From Thermodesulfobacteriota bacterium (GTDB taxonomy: Bacteria > Desulfobacterota_D > UBA1144 > Nemesobacterales > Nemesobacteraceae): a stretch of 64,000 nt of DNA. Made by a program: the position numbers and the translations under genes. The first letter of the stretch is position 1; each line of letters opens with the position of its first letter. The DNA is taken from NCBI GenBank assembly GCA_965249045.1, contig OZ252213.1, positions 799,971 through 863,970 of the forward strand. The letters run 5' to 3'. The notes beneath the pieces were generated by a model, which saw only the letters and a program-made list of their open reading frames with translations, searched no databases and was not told where the DNA came from. Positions 1-9,232 of this stretch are shown here, piece after piece.

Positions 1-1
1 C

Positions 2-469
2 GAAAACGGAAAAATCATGTGTTCCCTCAAGATAGGTGGCGGCTTCTTTCATTTCCCCCGTATCAAGCTTCCCCGGGATATGCCATACCCTGTTTCTCTG
101 CAGGGCAGGGGGGTGTGGCCTGTTGAAAATCCTGTATTCGTATACCTTGCTCCGGGAGCTGAACTGTGCATGAAAACCGTCGGGGACCTCTCGGGCTTTT
201 ATGATGGATATGTCCCGGGGAAGGGTGGAATTTAACGCTTTTCGCAGGGTCTCGGTATCCATTTGGGTTTCGGTAAAAAAACTGGCCACCTGGCCCATGG
301 CGTGCACGCCCGTGTCCGTTCTGCCCGAACCTGCTATTTTCACATTCTCTTTGGTGATTTGGCGGATGGCGTCTTCTATAGTCTTCTGTACGGTGGGGAG
401 ATCTGCCTGGCATTGCCAGCCGTGGTAATCCGTGCCGTCATACTCGACAATTATCTTTACGTTTTTCAT
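2..469 (-). CDS. truA: tRNA pseudouridine(38-40) synthase TruA, N-terminal part (runs off left edge)
   Basis: Not in the ORF track. Manual translation from ATG at 469 gives MKNVKIIVEYDGTDYHGWQCQ...IAGSGRTDTGVHAMGQVASF, with the YDG-GWQ and GRTDxGVHA motifs. Confidence 0.95.
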   Translation of the reverse strand, partial: MKNVKIIVEYDGTDYHGWQCQADLPTVQKTIEDAIRQITKENVKIAGSGRTDTGVHAMGQVASFFTETQMDTETLRKALNSTLPRDISIIKAREVPDGFHAQFSSRSKVYEYRIFNRPHPPALQRNRVWHIPGKLDTGEMKEAATYLEGTHDFSVF

Positions 470-491
470 TTTTGTCTGCGTTTGTGTCTGA

Positions 492-1427
492 TCAGGCGAC
501 CGGTTCCTGTTTCTTAAGCTCTATCCTCGGATCAAGAATGGCGTAGAGAAGGTCGACAATGAGATTCGCTATTACGAGCAGAAGCGCGTAGATGATGGTT
601 ATTCCGAGCACAACGGAGTAATCCCTGTTCGCCACGGCGAAGACGAAAAACCTTCCCATTCCCGGTATCGCGAATATATGCTCGACGACAAACGATCCCG
701 TTACCAGATAGGCAGTCAGGGGGCCGAGAACAGTTACGACCGGTATCAGGGCGTTTCTCAGTATGTGCTTTGTGAATATCTTTGTTCTTCCGAGTCCCTT
801 TGCTCTGGCGGTTCTTACGAAAAACTGTCCCGACACGTCAAGCATATTGGAGCGGACAAGCCTTGATATATAAGCGAACGGAGCTAAGCTCAGGGTCAAC
901 GCGGGAAGAACTATGTGTTTGGGTTCTCCCCAGAGGGCCGCTGGCAGAACTCCCCATTTAACAGAGAAAAAATATATGAGCGCCGCTCCCACGACGAAGC
1001 TTGGAACCGATACTAGGGAAGTGGAGATCAGCACGGAAGCGATGTCGTGGATGCTTCTTGGGAACAGCGAGGAGATCATACCGACCGCAGTTCCCATGAA
1101 AAACGCGAACAGCAGGGAAACGAAACCGAGCCCCATTGAAACCGGCAGGGTTTTTTTGATTATGTCAGCAACTGGTCTGTCGTTGTATTTGTAGGAAGGT
1201 CCGAAGTCCCCGCGAGCCAGGTTTCCCATGTAGACGAGGTATTGTTTGTGCAGCGGCTTGTCCATGTGATATTTCTTCTCGATATTCTCGAGTATGTGCG
1301 GGGGGATGCTTTTCTCCGTGTCGAAAGGACCTCCGGGAAGCACCCTGAGGAGAAAGAAGGTTATGCTCGCGACCGCGAGGATCACAACTGCTCCGGTCAG
1401 TATTCTAAAGGAAAGGAATTTAAGCAT
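492..1427 (-). CDS. oppB: Oligopeptide ABC transporter permease OppB/DppB
   Basis: PGGPF N-terminus, GDFGPSY, EAA-type loop RTARAKGL...KHILRNAL, C-terminal DLLYAILDPRI. Confidence 0.9.
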   Translation of the reverse strand: MLKFLSFRILTGAVVILAVASITFFLLRVLPGGPFDTEKSIPPHILENIEKKYHMDKPLHKQYLVYMGNLARGDFGPSYKYNDRPVADIIKKTLPVSMGLGFVSLLFAFFMGTAVGMISSLFPRSIHDIASVLISTSLVSVPSFVVGAALIYFFSVKWGVLPAALWGEPKHIVLPALTLSLAPFAYISRLVRSNMLDVSGQFFVRTARAKGLGRTKIFTKHILRNALIPVVTVLGPLTAYLVTGSFVVEHIFAIPGMGRFFVFAVANRDYSVVLGITIIYALLLVIANLIVDLLYAILDPRIELKKQEPVA

Positions 1428-1486
1428 TACTTCGTTGCCGGGACTTCATCCGCTGTTCTCAGTGCTTGCTCGCTATATGCCGAAGC

Positions 1487-4423
1487 TCAGGAAACATCTT
1501 TTCTTATGGCCAGGGTTTTTTTCGACGTCATTCCTTTTTCGTCTTTGGCCACTATGGTGAAAAGATTCATTCCTTCCTCAAGAGCTAAGGGGAAAAGCAG
1601 GGAAACATTGTTTCTCCCCGGTGTAAAAAGCTTTATCTTGTCGTCTTTTTTCCACACCGACACGCTCTCTATACGGTCGGTGTCCTTAACCGACCCCTCT
1701 ACTGTTATCTTGGAAGCTTCTGTGGACGTCGGGAAATCCGAAATCAGGATCGAAGGAGGTTTTTCGAATGTTTCTTCAAGAAGTGAAATCTCCTGTGCGG
1801 TGCTGTCTGTTCCGTTTTTTTCCGACGCTCCGGGCGAATTGTCGTAGCCGGCCCGATTAACCCTGACGGTTTTCCCCTCAATCCAGCCCGCCACTGAGTT
1901 TTTTCCCTCAACACGGATCCATTGCCCAGATGTGCCGAGAACTTTTACCATGGAATTTTTTTTTGCAAGAGCCGTTACGGAGGCTCCGAGGAAAGTCCCA
2001 CCAAGTATGGAGCTTGTGTCTTTGAATACAGCGGTTTTCTTTGCCGAAGCTGGAGAAAACGGTCTTTCCTGCGCGAAGACCGGCAGGGTTATTTTCTGTG
2101 CTTTTACTTCCCGGAAGTCTTCATCCATTACAAAAAGCTCAAATTTCGTTTCACCGCCTTCGCCATTTTGCCTGAAACGAAACGGTGCGTAGCGGATTTC
2201 CCCCGGACGGAAATTTTCAATTTCAACTCTTCCTTTTTCAAGAAACACGTTGTCGCCCGAAAGATTCTTTAGAGTCGCGACCGTCTTTTCCGATACTCCA
2301 TCCCCGATGTTTTTCAGTCTTACGTTGAGTACTACCGTTTCTTCGAGCTCCGCGCGACCGTTTCCGTTGCCTCTGCTCTCAAATTTTCCGTTGTCCACTA
2401 TTTCGTGGTTATGGGAGTAGACGGGGCGCTTGTCCGCTACGGTTTTTACGAGCAGACTTTTCTCCGTAAAGGTTTTGTTCCCCGAACTTGTGAAAGCAAG
2501 TTTGAGATTGTCCTCTCTGGTAGTCATCCACCTGGGTACGGAAAATCTGACTTTCGAGGTCTTGCTCTGACCGGGGAGCAGTTTTCCGAACAGAAGTTCT
2601 CCATCGCTGTAAACGCGGTTTTCACAGTCAGTAACGGCACTGAGCCTGTATATCGGGTCGGGGCCGGAGTTTGTCACCTTTATCTCGAGAGAACCTTCTT
2701 CACCGGCCCGGAAAACGGTCTTCGATGGAACCGTTTCAACCGATACGGCGGGTTTTTTCGTTTCACCGGCTGACCAGTCGATTCCAGTATCTTCGATCTG
2801 GGTTCTGATTTCTTCAAGCTGGGCGTTGGAGAAATCGGTGGCTGTGGCATGTATCTGTTCCGGGGTCTTTGCTAGAAGAAGTCTGCTTGAGAGTTTCACG
2901 TAAAAATCATTTCCCAGCTTTTCAAGTTTCTGCGCTTTTGTAAGCGATTCATCCGGCTGGGTTTCATCATCGTCTTCTTCCTGCGGCGCCAAGCTTTTGT
3001 CAATATACTTGATCGTGAGTTCGGGGGTTGCCAGTTGTCCTTCCTCTGAGTTCTCTCTTTTCTCGGGCAGAGGGTTATAGACGACTTTTTCTCCGGTTAT
3101 CACGGATCCCTGAAGAAGAATGTCGGGAGTTATGCCGCTGTCCTGTATGGATATATCGCCCGGGGTCAGATATTTCGCTATGGTGAGTTTCAATGCCGCG
3201 CCGTCTTCAAACTCGAAGACCTTCTGGACCGATCCCTTGCCGAAGGATCTTTTTCCTACCACAAGTGCTCTTTTGTTGTTTTTCAGCGCTCCTGCCACTA
3301 TTTCTGACGCACTCGCGCTTCCCTGATTCGCAAGCACTATTACTTTTCCTCTGTACTCAGGCTGTTTTGCCGTCGCCCTGTAGGTTTTCGAATAGTCCCT
3401 TGCTTTTGTCGTCATTATCGTTCCCGAGGAAAGGAAGAGATCGGCTACTTTCTCCGCCTCTGAGAGAAGACCTCCGGGGTTTCCTCTGAGATCAAGGATT
3501 ATTCCGTTGATTGCATAAGAGCGGCTTCTTATCTCTTTTTTTAGGTCGGAGGATGTGTTTTTCTGGAAATTTCTTATTCTCAGGTAAAGAATGTTGTTTG
3601 CAAGATCAAACCCTTCAACGCTTTCTATCTTTATGGTATCCCTCACTATTGAAAATTTCCGTGGTCTGGCAAAGTTTTTCCTGGATATAAGAAGATTCAC
3701 TTTAGTTCTTTTCTTCCCCCTGAGTTTCCCAACGGCTTCGAGAAGCGGCATGTTTATGGTCGACTCGTTTTCTATCTGCACGATCCGGTCTTTGGTTTTT
3801 ATCCCTGATCTGTAAGCGGGAGTACCCTCTATGGGGGAGATTACAGTCAACTGACCGTCTCTTATGCCGACCACTATCCCAAGCCCGCCGAAACTTCCCT
3901 CGGTGTCTATGAGAAACTCTTTGTAGACATCCGGTGGAATCATCGCGGAGTGGGGGTCGAGAACCTTCAGCATGCTGTCCGATATGGAATATTCTATGTT
4001 CTTGACAGCACGCTCTTCGGCCCCTGTGTTAGAAAGGACAAAAGACACAACCTGGCCCAGAGTGCTTGCAACGTCGTTTGAGGACGGCAACTCTTTTTCT
4101 TTGAATCTCTTTGTTTTCCCCTTTACCTGAACGGTGAAGCTTCCGCCCCGGTCTTGTGGAAATTCCACCAGCACGTCGTCAAGAAAGGTTTCAAGGCTGG
4201 AGACCCCTTTTTCAAGCATTTCCGCATAATTGATCTTGCTTTTGTCCAGATAAAATTTGTTTACGTGCTTAAGGGCGTTTTCGGCAATTTTTATGCTCTG
4301 ACTGTTGTATTTGCGATCAAGACTGACCGGCTCGGCGACAAGAAAAAAAGAAAGGGCAATAACAATTCCCAAGGCAAGGGCTAAGTACCCGTTTCTGAGA
4401 AAGCTTGGAATTTTTTCAGACAA
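1487..4423 (-). CDS. Large S41A carboxyl-terminal protease with PDZ domain and long C-terminal extension (MXAN_5808-like)
   Basis: LDPHS, GGLGI PDZ motif, DLRGNPGG, SASASEIVAGAL, SFGKGSVQ; N-terminal TM segment; about 500 aa of C-terminal Ig-like sequence. Confidence 0.85.
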   Translation of the reverse strand: MSEKIPSFLRNGYLALALGIVIALSFFLVAEPVSLDRKYNSQSIKIAENALKHVNKFYLDKSKINYAEMLEKGVSSLETFLDDVLVEFPQDRGGSFTVQVKGKTKRFKEKELPSSNDVASTLGQVVSFVLSNTGAEERAVKNIEYSISDSMLKVLDPHSAMIPPDVYKEFLIDTEGSFGGLGIVVGIRDGQLTVISPIEGTPAYRSGIKTKDRIVQIENESTINMPLLEAVGKLRGKKRTKVNLLISRKNFARPRKFSIVRDTIKIESVEGFDLANNILYLRIRNFQKNTSSDLKKEIRSRSYAINGIILDLRGNPGGLLSEAEKVADLFLSSGTIMTTKARDYSKTYRATAKQPEYRGKVIVLANQGSASASEIVAGALKNNKRALVVGKRSFGKGSVQKVFEFEDGAALKLTIAKYLTPGDISIQDSGITPDILLQGSVITGEKVVYNPLPEKRENSEEGQLATPELTIKYIDKSLAPQEEDDDETQPDESLTKAQKLEKLGNDFYVKLSSRLLLAKTPEQIHATATDFSNAQLEEIRTQIEDTGIDWSAGETKKPAVSVETVPSKTVFRAGEEGSLEIKVTNSGPDPIYRLSAVTDCENRVYSDGELLFGKLLPGQSKTSKVRFSVPRWMTTREDNLKLAFTSSGNKTFTEKSLLVKTVADKRPVYSHNHEIVDNGKFESRGNGNGRAELEETVVLNVRLKNIGDGVSEKTVATLKNLSGDNVFLEKGRVEIENFRPGEIRYAPFRFRQNGEGGETKFELFVMDEDFREVKAQKITLPVFAQERPFSPASAKKTAVFKDTSSILGGTFLGASVTALAKKNSMVKVLGTSGQWIRVEGKNSVAGWIEGKTVRVNRAGYDNSPGASEKNGTDSTAQEISLLEETFEKPPSILISDFPTSTEASKITVEGSVKDTDRIESVSVWKKDDKIKLFTPGRNNVSLLFPLALEEGMNLFTIVAKDEKGMTSKKTLAIRKDVS

Positions 4424-4623
4424 ATAAGATCACCGTCCCGGAAACTGTATTATCAATCATATCGAATATTATATCAAACTGCTTTTTCGCGGGGCGGCCG
4501 ATATAGAGTAAAGAGGGGAATAGGGGCGGTTATCTTGCTTTAGATGTCGCGAGAATACGCATTAGCTTTGCGTTTAGACGCAAAGAAAAAGAACTAGGGT
4601 TATTTGGAAGAAAAACAAAAAAC

Positions 4624-4663
4624 AACGGACAGAGAGAATTCATTATGATTCTCCCTATCCGTT
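4624..4663 (-). terminator. Rho-independent terminator of the AmiS/UreI gene
   Basis: Minus-strand hairpin AACGGATAGGGAGAAT / ATTCTCTCTGTCCGTT (with G-U pairs) followed by a T-rich tract. Confidence 0.7.
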
Positions 4664-4688
4664 ATAAGTTAGTTAAACAACAAAAATC

Positions 4689-5213
4689 TTAGCCTGGTAC
4701 TCCACCGAGAGGGTTCCACTTTTCAGTAAGCAGAAGCATTCCCGGAATCAACAGAGTTACTATTGACTCTATTACGAACAGATAGGCTATCGGCTTACTC
4801 AGATCCTTGCCCTGCGAGAACGCAAAGAAGCAAAGAAGCACCAGCAAAGCCCATGCCCAGCAGAAGTACGCAAAGTACGCTAGCCCAAGTGACTGGAAAT
4901 GAGCTCCGTACCATATAAACACTACCGTTGCGAAAAGACAGAATACTCCAAGTCCCTTCGCGTCATATCCGTGTACGAATACCGCGTAGACTAGCAGGTA
5001 TATCAAAGCAAATACCGACACAAGCGCGGTCGCTGCCGTAAGACCAAGAGTGTGCAGCTTCCAAGCGGCAATCGCTATAAGCACGCCGACACCCAGATTA
5101 AGAACACCCACTTCCTTAGCACCGGTTTTACCCAGAAGAGTCATACCGTTTGCAAAGAACACAAATCCTACGAGCAGTAACACGTAACCTAATAAAGCTT
5201 CTATTGGAACCAT
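4689..5213 (-). CDS. AmiS/UreI family urea/short-chain amide channel
   Basis: 174 aa with about 6 TM helices; LLLVGFVFFANG, KEVGVLN, DAKGLGVFCLF and WAWALL match the AmiS/UreI pattern; AAGGAGG SD. Confidence 0.85.
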   Translation of the reverse strand: MVPIEALLGYVLLLVGFVFFANGMTLLGKTGAKEVGVLNLGVGVLIAIAAWKLHTLGLTAATALVSVFALIYLLVYAVFVHGYDAKGLGVFCLFATVVFIWYGAHFQSLGLAYFAYFCWAWALLVLLCFFAFSQGKDLSKPIAYLFVIESIVTLLIPGMLLLTEKWNPLGGVPG

Positions 5214-5274
5214 AATTAACCATACCTCCTTATGAGATCATAAACGTTCCTAGCCCACGCATCGGGGCTCATTA

Positions 5275-5306
5275 AACTTTTATCACAGGGTGACATTCAA
5301 TGTCAA
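5275..5306 (-). promoter_or_regulatory. Putative sigma70 promoter of the AmiS/UreI gene with an overlapping palindromic operator
   Basis: TTGACA at 5306-5301 on the minus strand, overlapped by the perfect inverted repeat TGACATT-c-AATGTCA (5291-5305). Confidence 0.5.
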
Positions 5307-5695
5307 GCATAATTTTTATTGAGTAGGATTTCGGTATGCGGCATTCAACTTATGAAGTAACTAACTTCTTATCATCATAAGTTAACCCGATTCCTGCCCC
5401 TTTCGCCATCGTCTGTGTCCATTGACGTTTGCTGAACTGCCTTTTTGTCTTAAAACCTAGTTGGTTATCTTATGTCTCTGTGACTTGATTGGTCCCTAGG
5501 GACGGGCTTTTTCAAGGAACCCATGCCAGTCTTAATCTGGCTTTGTAAGGTTGGTAAAAAGTGGCGATCAGCTAGATCTGAAGAGCGGTTCTTTCTTATT
5601 AAATTCTCGGTAAAATTAAATAACGAAGTTCTTAACTTACAGTTTTTCTATGGTATAATCATCCTGTAAAATTGCTTTTGCATAGGAGAAGCGCT

Positions 5696-6076
5696 ATGGC
5701 GAATGAGAAAACGAGTGGTGGGGTAAACCCGAATATCTGGATAAGGCCGCCTGAGGAAAGAACCGACAAGGGCGGTATTGTGGGTACGACTCTGGGTTCG
5801 CAGCCTAAGACTTCACCAAAATACAAGACATTTGAAGTAGTTACGTTACGAATAAGCAATGAAGATTTTGAATTTCTTCACAACCTTGAAAGAGAGATAA
5901 TGAAGAACCGTTCCAAGGAAAACAAAAAAGAGAGAATAACAAAAAACAGCATTATACGAGCGATGCTCGACTGTCTCAAGAACGTAAATTTCGACAGAAA
6001 AAATATTCCAGACGAAAATGAGCTTCGGATCAGGATCATGAAAGGACTGAAAGAGCATCCTTCCTGGTTCTTTTAA
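5696..6076 (+). CDS. Small hypothetical protein, ribbon-helix-helix-like C-terminus
   Basis: ATG at 5696 with AGGAG SD and an extended -10 TGgTATAAT at 5651; PKY...VTLRI...ERITKNSIIRA resembles ParA-partner RHH proteins (recollection). Confidence 0.6.
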   Translation: MANEKTSGGVNPNIWIRPPEERTDKGGIVGTTLGSQPKTSPKYKTFEVVTLRISNEDFEFLHNLEREIMKNRSKENKKERITKNSIIRAMLDCLKNVNFDRKNIPDENELRIRIMKGLKEHPSWFF

Positions 6077-6183
6077 ACCGGTTTTCCAACTGATTCCAGT
6101 CGAAAACACCTTGAAAAATCCATGAATTTACGGGTTGTTACCGCTAAAAACCGGAAACATTAGTTTAGGTAACAAAAAAGTAC

Positions 6184-6213
6184 TTGACAAAGGGGGTTAA
6201 GTTTTGATTTAAT
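6184..6213 (+). promoter_or_regulatory. Sigma70 promoter of the ADC-fold gene pair
   Basis: TTGACA-18 nt-TTTAAT with a TGn extension. Confidence 0.6.
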
Positions 6214-6349
6214 GAGAGTCGGGTGAGGTTGCGTCTATTCGCATCCAAGCAAGGCTGTAAACGCTTTATCAACAGGGGCTATGAGGAGTGTGAGGTATGG
6301 AGAGTGTTTAGGAGTTTTGGCCCTAATCTATAATTAAGGAGGCTTAAAT

Positions 6350-7330
6350 ATGAGCCATAGTCATTTAAACGTCCCAACGAAGTACTGGGAGTTGACGAAA
6401 GAGGTCCCGCCCCCTCCGATAGAGCGGGATATCAAGTCATGGATCATAGCGAATCCGGCGGATCCGCTATGGGACATAGACGTGCTGCCGCTGACTTATA
6501 CGGACAGCAGGTGGTCAGCATTCATAGTAAGATGCGATGAGGCGACGAGGACACGTCTGTGCCCGAATCCCCCGTTGCAGGTATGGGACGGAGAGAATGC
6601 AGACCTTGTAGAGTTTTGGTATGTGGATCATAAGAACACGATGTTAGGTCCATATCTTGAGTTTGGCGTAACGATCTCGGCAACGTACAGCGACCCAGAG
6701 GGTAATGTATGGAAAGCGGGATACTATCCGTATATGTATCTGACGGGAGACGCGCCTGTGGACGCGGGTCGTGTACTTGGATTTCCAAAGAAGATGTCGT
6801 ACATCAGATGTACGGTACACGGTGGAGAGAAAGGCACTGACTTTTTTGGGTTTGCGATGAGTCGTAACGGTTACCTGATGCATAGCGCGACAGGGCAGTT
6901 CGACGACAAGCAGGTAACACCTCCGTATTTCTATGGCAAGACGGACTGGGGCAAGTTCAACATGAAGGTAATAACGCGGCCGGACGTATCGAGTTCGGAG
7001 TGGCAGCTTACATATCTGCCATCGGCGTTGCCGCCTCCGTTTGACGCGATGATCCAGGGGCACAGGTTCAAGATCAAGCCTGAGCACACCAGGACGGCAA
7101 GTGGAGACGCAGTAAACTGGTTCATGCAGGCGACACCGTTTGACAACATGGGAGCGGAGCTGAAGATCCAGGAGGTAACGGGACTGATATCGTTTGTATT
7201 CGATCTCGTAATACCGCCGGCGGTGGTACTCTGGACGGAGACGTACGAGAGGCCAGCGAGTTACAGGGGTTATGCCACACCATACAAGTATGGATTGAGG
7301 CAGCAGTTCCCGATCAGTCAGGGTTCATAA
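6350..7330 (+). CDS. Acetoacetate decarboxylase (ADC)-like family protein, paralog 1
   Basis: LGPYLEFG, YYPYMYL, GRVLGFPKK (Schiff-base Lys motif); AAGGAGG SD. Confidence 0.75.
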   Translation: MSHSHLNVPTKYWELTKEVPPPPIERDIKSWIIANPADPLWDIDVLPLTYTDSRWSAFIVRCDEATRTRLCPNPPLQVWDGENADLVEFWYVDHKNTMLGPYLEFGVTISATYSDPEGNVWKAGYYPYMYLTGDAPVDAGRVLGFPKKMSYIRCTVHGGEKGTDFFGFAMSRNGYLMHSATGQFDDKQVTPPYFYGKTDWGKFNMKVITRPDVSSSEWQLTYLPSALPPPFDAMIQGHRFKIKPEHTRTASGDAVNWFMQATPFDNMGAELKIQEVTGLISFVFDLVIPPAVVLWTETYERPASYRGYATPYKYGLRQQFPISQGS

Positions 7331-7359
7331 GCAAAGAAAGTTAAGGAGGTAAAACCATA

Positions 7360-8331
7360 ATGGGATTACAAGCAAATGAGTACAGTTATCCTTGGCTGGA
7401 TGAGGGAGAAGTTCCACCATTACCATTGGACAGGGACAGGATCCATATCATCAGTCAGGGCGTAGCGGACCCGGTGTTCGACTACGATATCATACCGCTT
7501 ACGTATACAGAGAGCAGGTGGATGGCCTATGTAATAAGGGCAGACATCAATGCTATGAAAGCGGTGGTACCGGAGCCGATCGAGGTCCAGGATGATGTAA
7601 TAGAGTTTTGGTACGTAATACACAAGAACACGATGTTAGGTCCATACATGGAGATGGGCGTAACGTTCTCGGCAACAGTGGATGACGGGAGTGGTCACAT
7701 ATACAGGGCGGGATACTATCCGTACATGTATCTGTCAAACGACTCACCGATATTCGCGGGTAAAGAGCCCTTCGGATTTCCGAAGAAGGCTGCTTACATC
7801 GCCGGGTATGAGCATGGTACCAACAACAACTACTTCAATCATCTGATGGAGCGCAGAGGTTATATACTGCACACAGCGAACGGGCGTTATTCTGACAGGC
7901 CGCTATCGGCGAGGCCGACATTTTACGGCAAGACCGATTGGGGACGTATGAACTACAGGATAATAACGAGGCCGGATGTAACGACCAGTATCCACGAAGT
8001 AACGTATCTTCCTTCGGATCTTCCTCCGGGATTTGGGACAGGACACAGGTTCCAGCTGAATCCTGAGAGCGTAAGGACCGCAGTAACAGAGGATGTACGT
8101 TCGTGGTTCCTGTCAGGCACACCGTTTGACTATATGGGTGGACAGATACCAGCGATGGAGGTAGTAGGGTTGATAAGCTTCACGTTCAACCTGATCATAC
8201 CGCCGGCGTTGACGATCTGGACAAGGACGGTAGAGAGGACAACTGAGGACTTTAGTCATGTGGTCTACTCCACGCCGTTTGTGTACACGATGCGTCACAG
8301 GTTCCTGCTGCCGCAGTATAGCCAGGGCTAA
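7360..8331 (+). CDS. Acetoacetate decarboxylase (ADC)-like family protein, paralog 2
   Basis: LGPYMEMG, YYPYMYL, GKEPFGFPKK; co-linear with paralog 1; AAGGAGGT SD. Confidence 0.75.
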   Translation: MGLQANEYSYPWLDEGEVPPLPLDRDRIHIISQGVADPVFDYDIIPLTYTESRWMAYVIRADINAMKAVVPEPIEVQDDVIEFWYVIHKNTMLGPYMEMGVTFSATVDDGSGHIYRAGYYPYMYLSNDSPIFAGKEPFGFPKKAAYIAGYEHGTNNNYFNHLMERRGYILHTANGRYSDRPLSARPTFYGKTDWGRMNYRIITRPDVTTSIHEVTYLPSDLPPGFGTGHRFQLNPESVRTAVTEDVRSWFLSGTPFDYMGGQIPAMEVVGLISFTFNLIIPPALTIWTRTVERTTEDFSHVVYSTPFVYTMRHRFLLPQYSQG

Positions 8332-8378
8332 TGACAGAGATGAGCTTGCGTCAACAGACGTTGAGCTTGTGATAGTTG

Positions 8379-8425
8379 AAGGGGGGAGGGAAGCCGGAAA
8401 CGGTTATCCTTCCCCCCTTTTTTTT
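8379..8425 (+). terminator. Rho-independent terminator
   Basis: AAGGGGGGAGGGA...TCCTTCCCCCC hairpin followed by T8. Confidence 0.85.
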
Positions 8426-8463
8426 GTGCCTGGATTGATTTTTCCGTAAACTAATACGAAGCG

Positions 8464-9213
8464 ATGCCTTCCAGTACTCTCATAGTGTACGAACCTTTGG
8501 ATTCTTTCAGAGAGAAATCTGAATACTGGAGCAAATATCTTAAGTTTTATGAGCTTTACTGGGGTGGTCCCACTTCTCCTTTCGGAATATGGTTCGGCAA
8601 TGAGTACAGCGCGTTTCGCCAGGCGTTATCCGACCATCTTAACCTGCCCCATGAAGACCTGCCCGACTGTCTTTTCATGAAGGATGAAAGTGGCAACTAT
8701 TTCGTTGCGCCAACTTCGAATTCCCTTAACTGCTTTTCGTCCGAAAACGTTATTCCGCTTGAGTGGTTCCTCCTTTTTTCCGAGGAGGGAAGGAAGAATT
8801 TCTATACACACTGGGGCTTTAACTCGATCCATTACAATTCGACACTTGAGCAATCGAAAAAAAGACTGACCTCCTCCCGGGAAAGAATCGGGGAAACGAT
8901 GTCCGGAGAATCCATAAACCCTCTTAAATTTTTTCTGAGCAATCTTGACCGAAGTCTCGAAGACCTTAGAAAATGGCTTGTGCAGTTTGACGCGCAAAGC
9001 TATCTGGTGCTTAGCTACGGCGACATCTGCAATTACATACACCCCTACACCCTGAAAAATGAAAACAGCGTAACGGAAGTCACGAGAATTCTGGAGTTTA
9101 TCTCCTTGTCGGACTTCAGAGAAGCGGAGCTTGCTCTTAAGGTTTTTTTTCAGAAATGGGAGGATATAGCAACCAAGTGCGCCGGCGGCACTGAAGATTC
9201 CCGAATCCAGTAA
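8464..9213 (+). CDS. Hypothetical protein
   Basis: 249-aa ORF filling the gap before nth; no motif recognised. Confidence 0.6.
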   Translation: MPSSTLIVYEPLDSFREKSEYWSKYLKFYELYWGGPTSPFGIWFGNEYSAFRQALSDHLNLPHEDLPDCLFMKDESGNYFVAPTSNSLNCFSSENVIPLEWFLLFSEEGRKNFYTHWGFNSIHYNSTLEQSKKRLTSSRERIGETMSGESINPLKFFLSNLDRSLEDLRKWLVQFDAQSYLVLSYGDICNYIHPYTLKNENSVTEVTRILEFISLSDFREAELALKVFFQKWEDIATKCAGGTEDSRIQ

Positions 9214-9232
9214 GGATCCGCTCTCGATTAGC

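Noticed and set aside
63-413. ORF-track 116-aa minus-strand ORF and overlapping plus-strand ORFs
   Set aside because: Wrong frame or antisense shadows of truA, which is absent from the track because it runs off the window edge.
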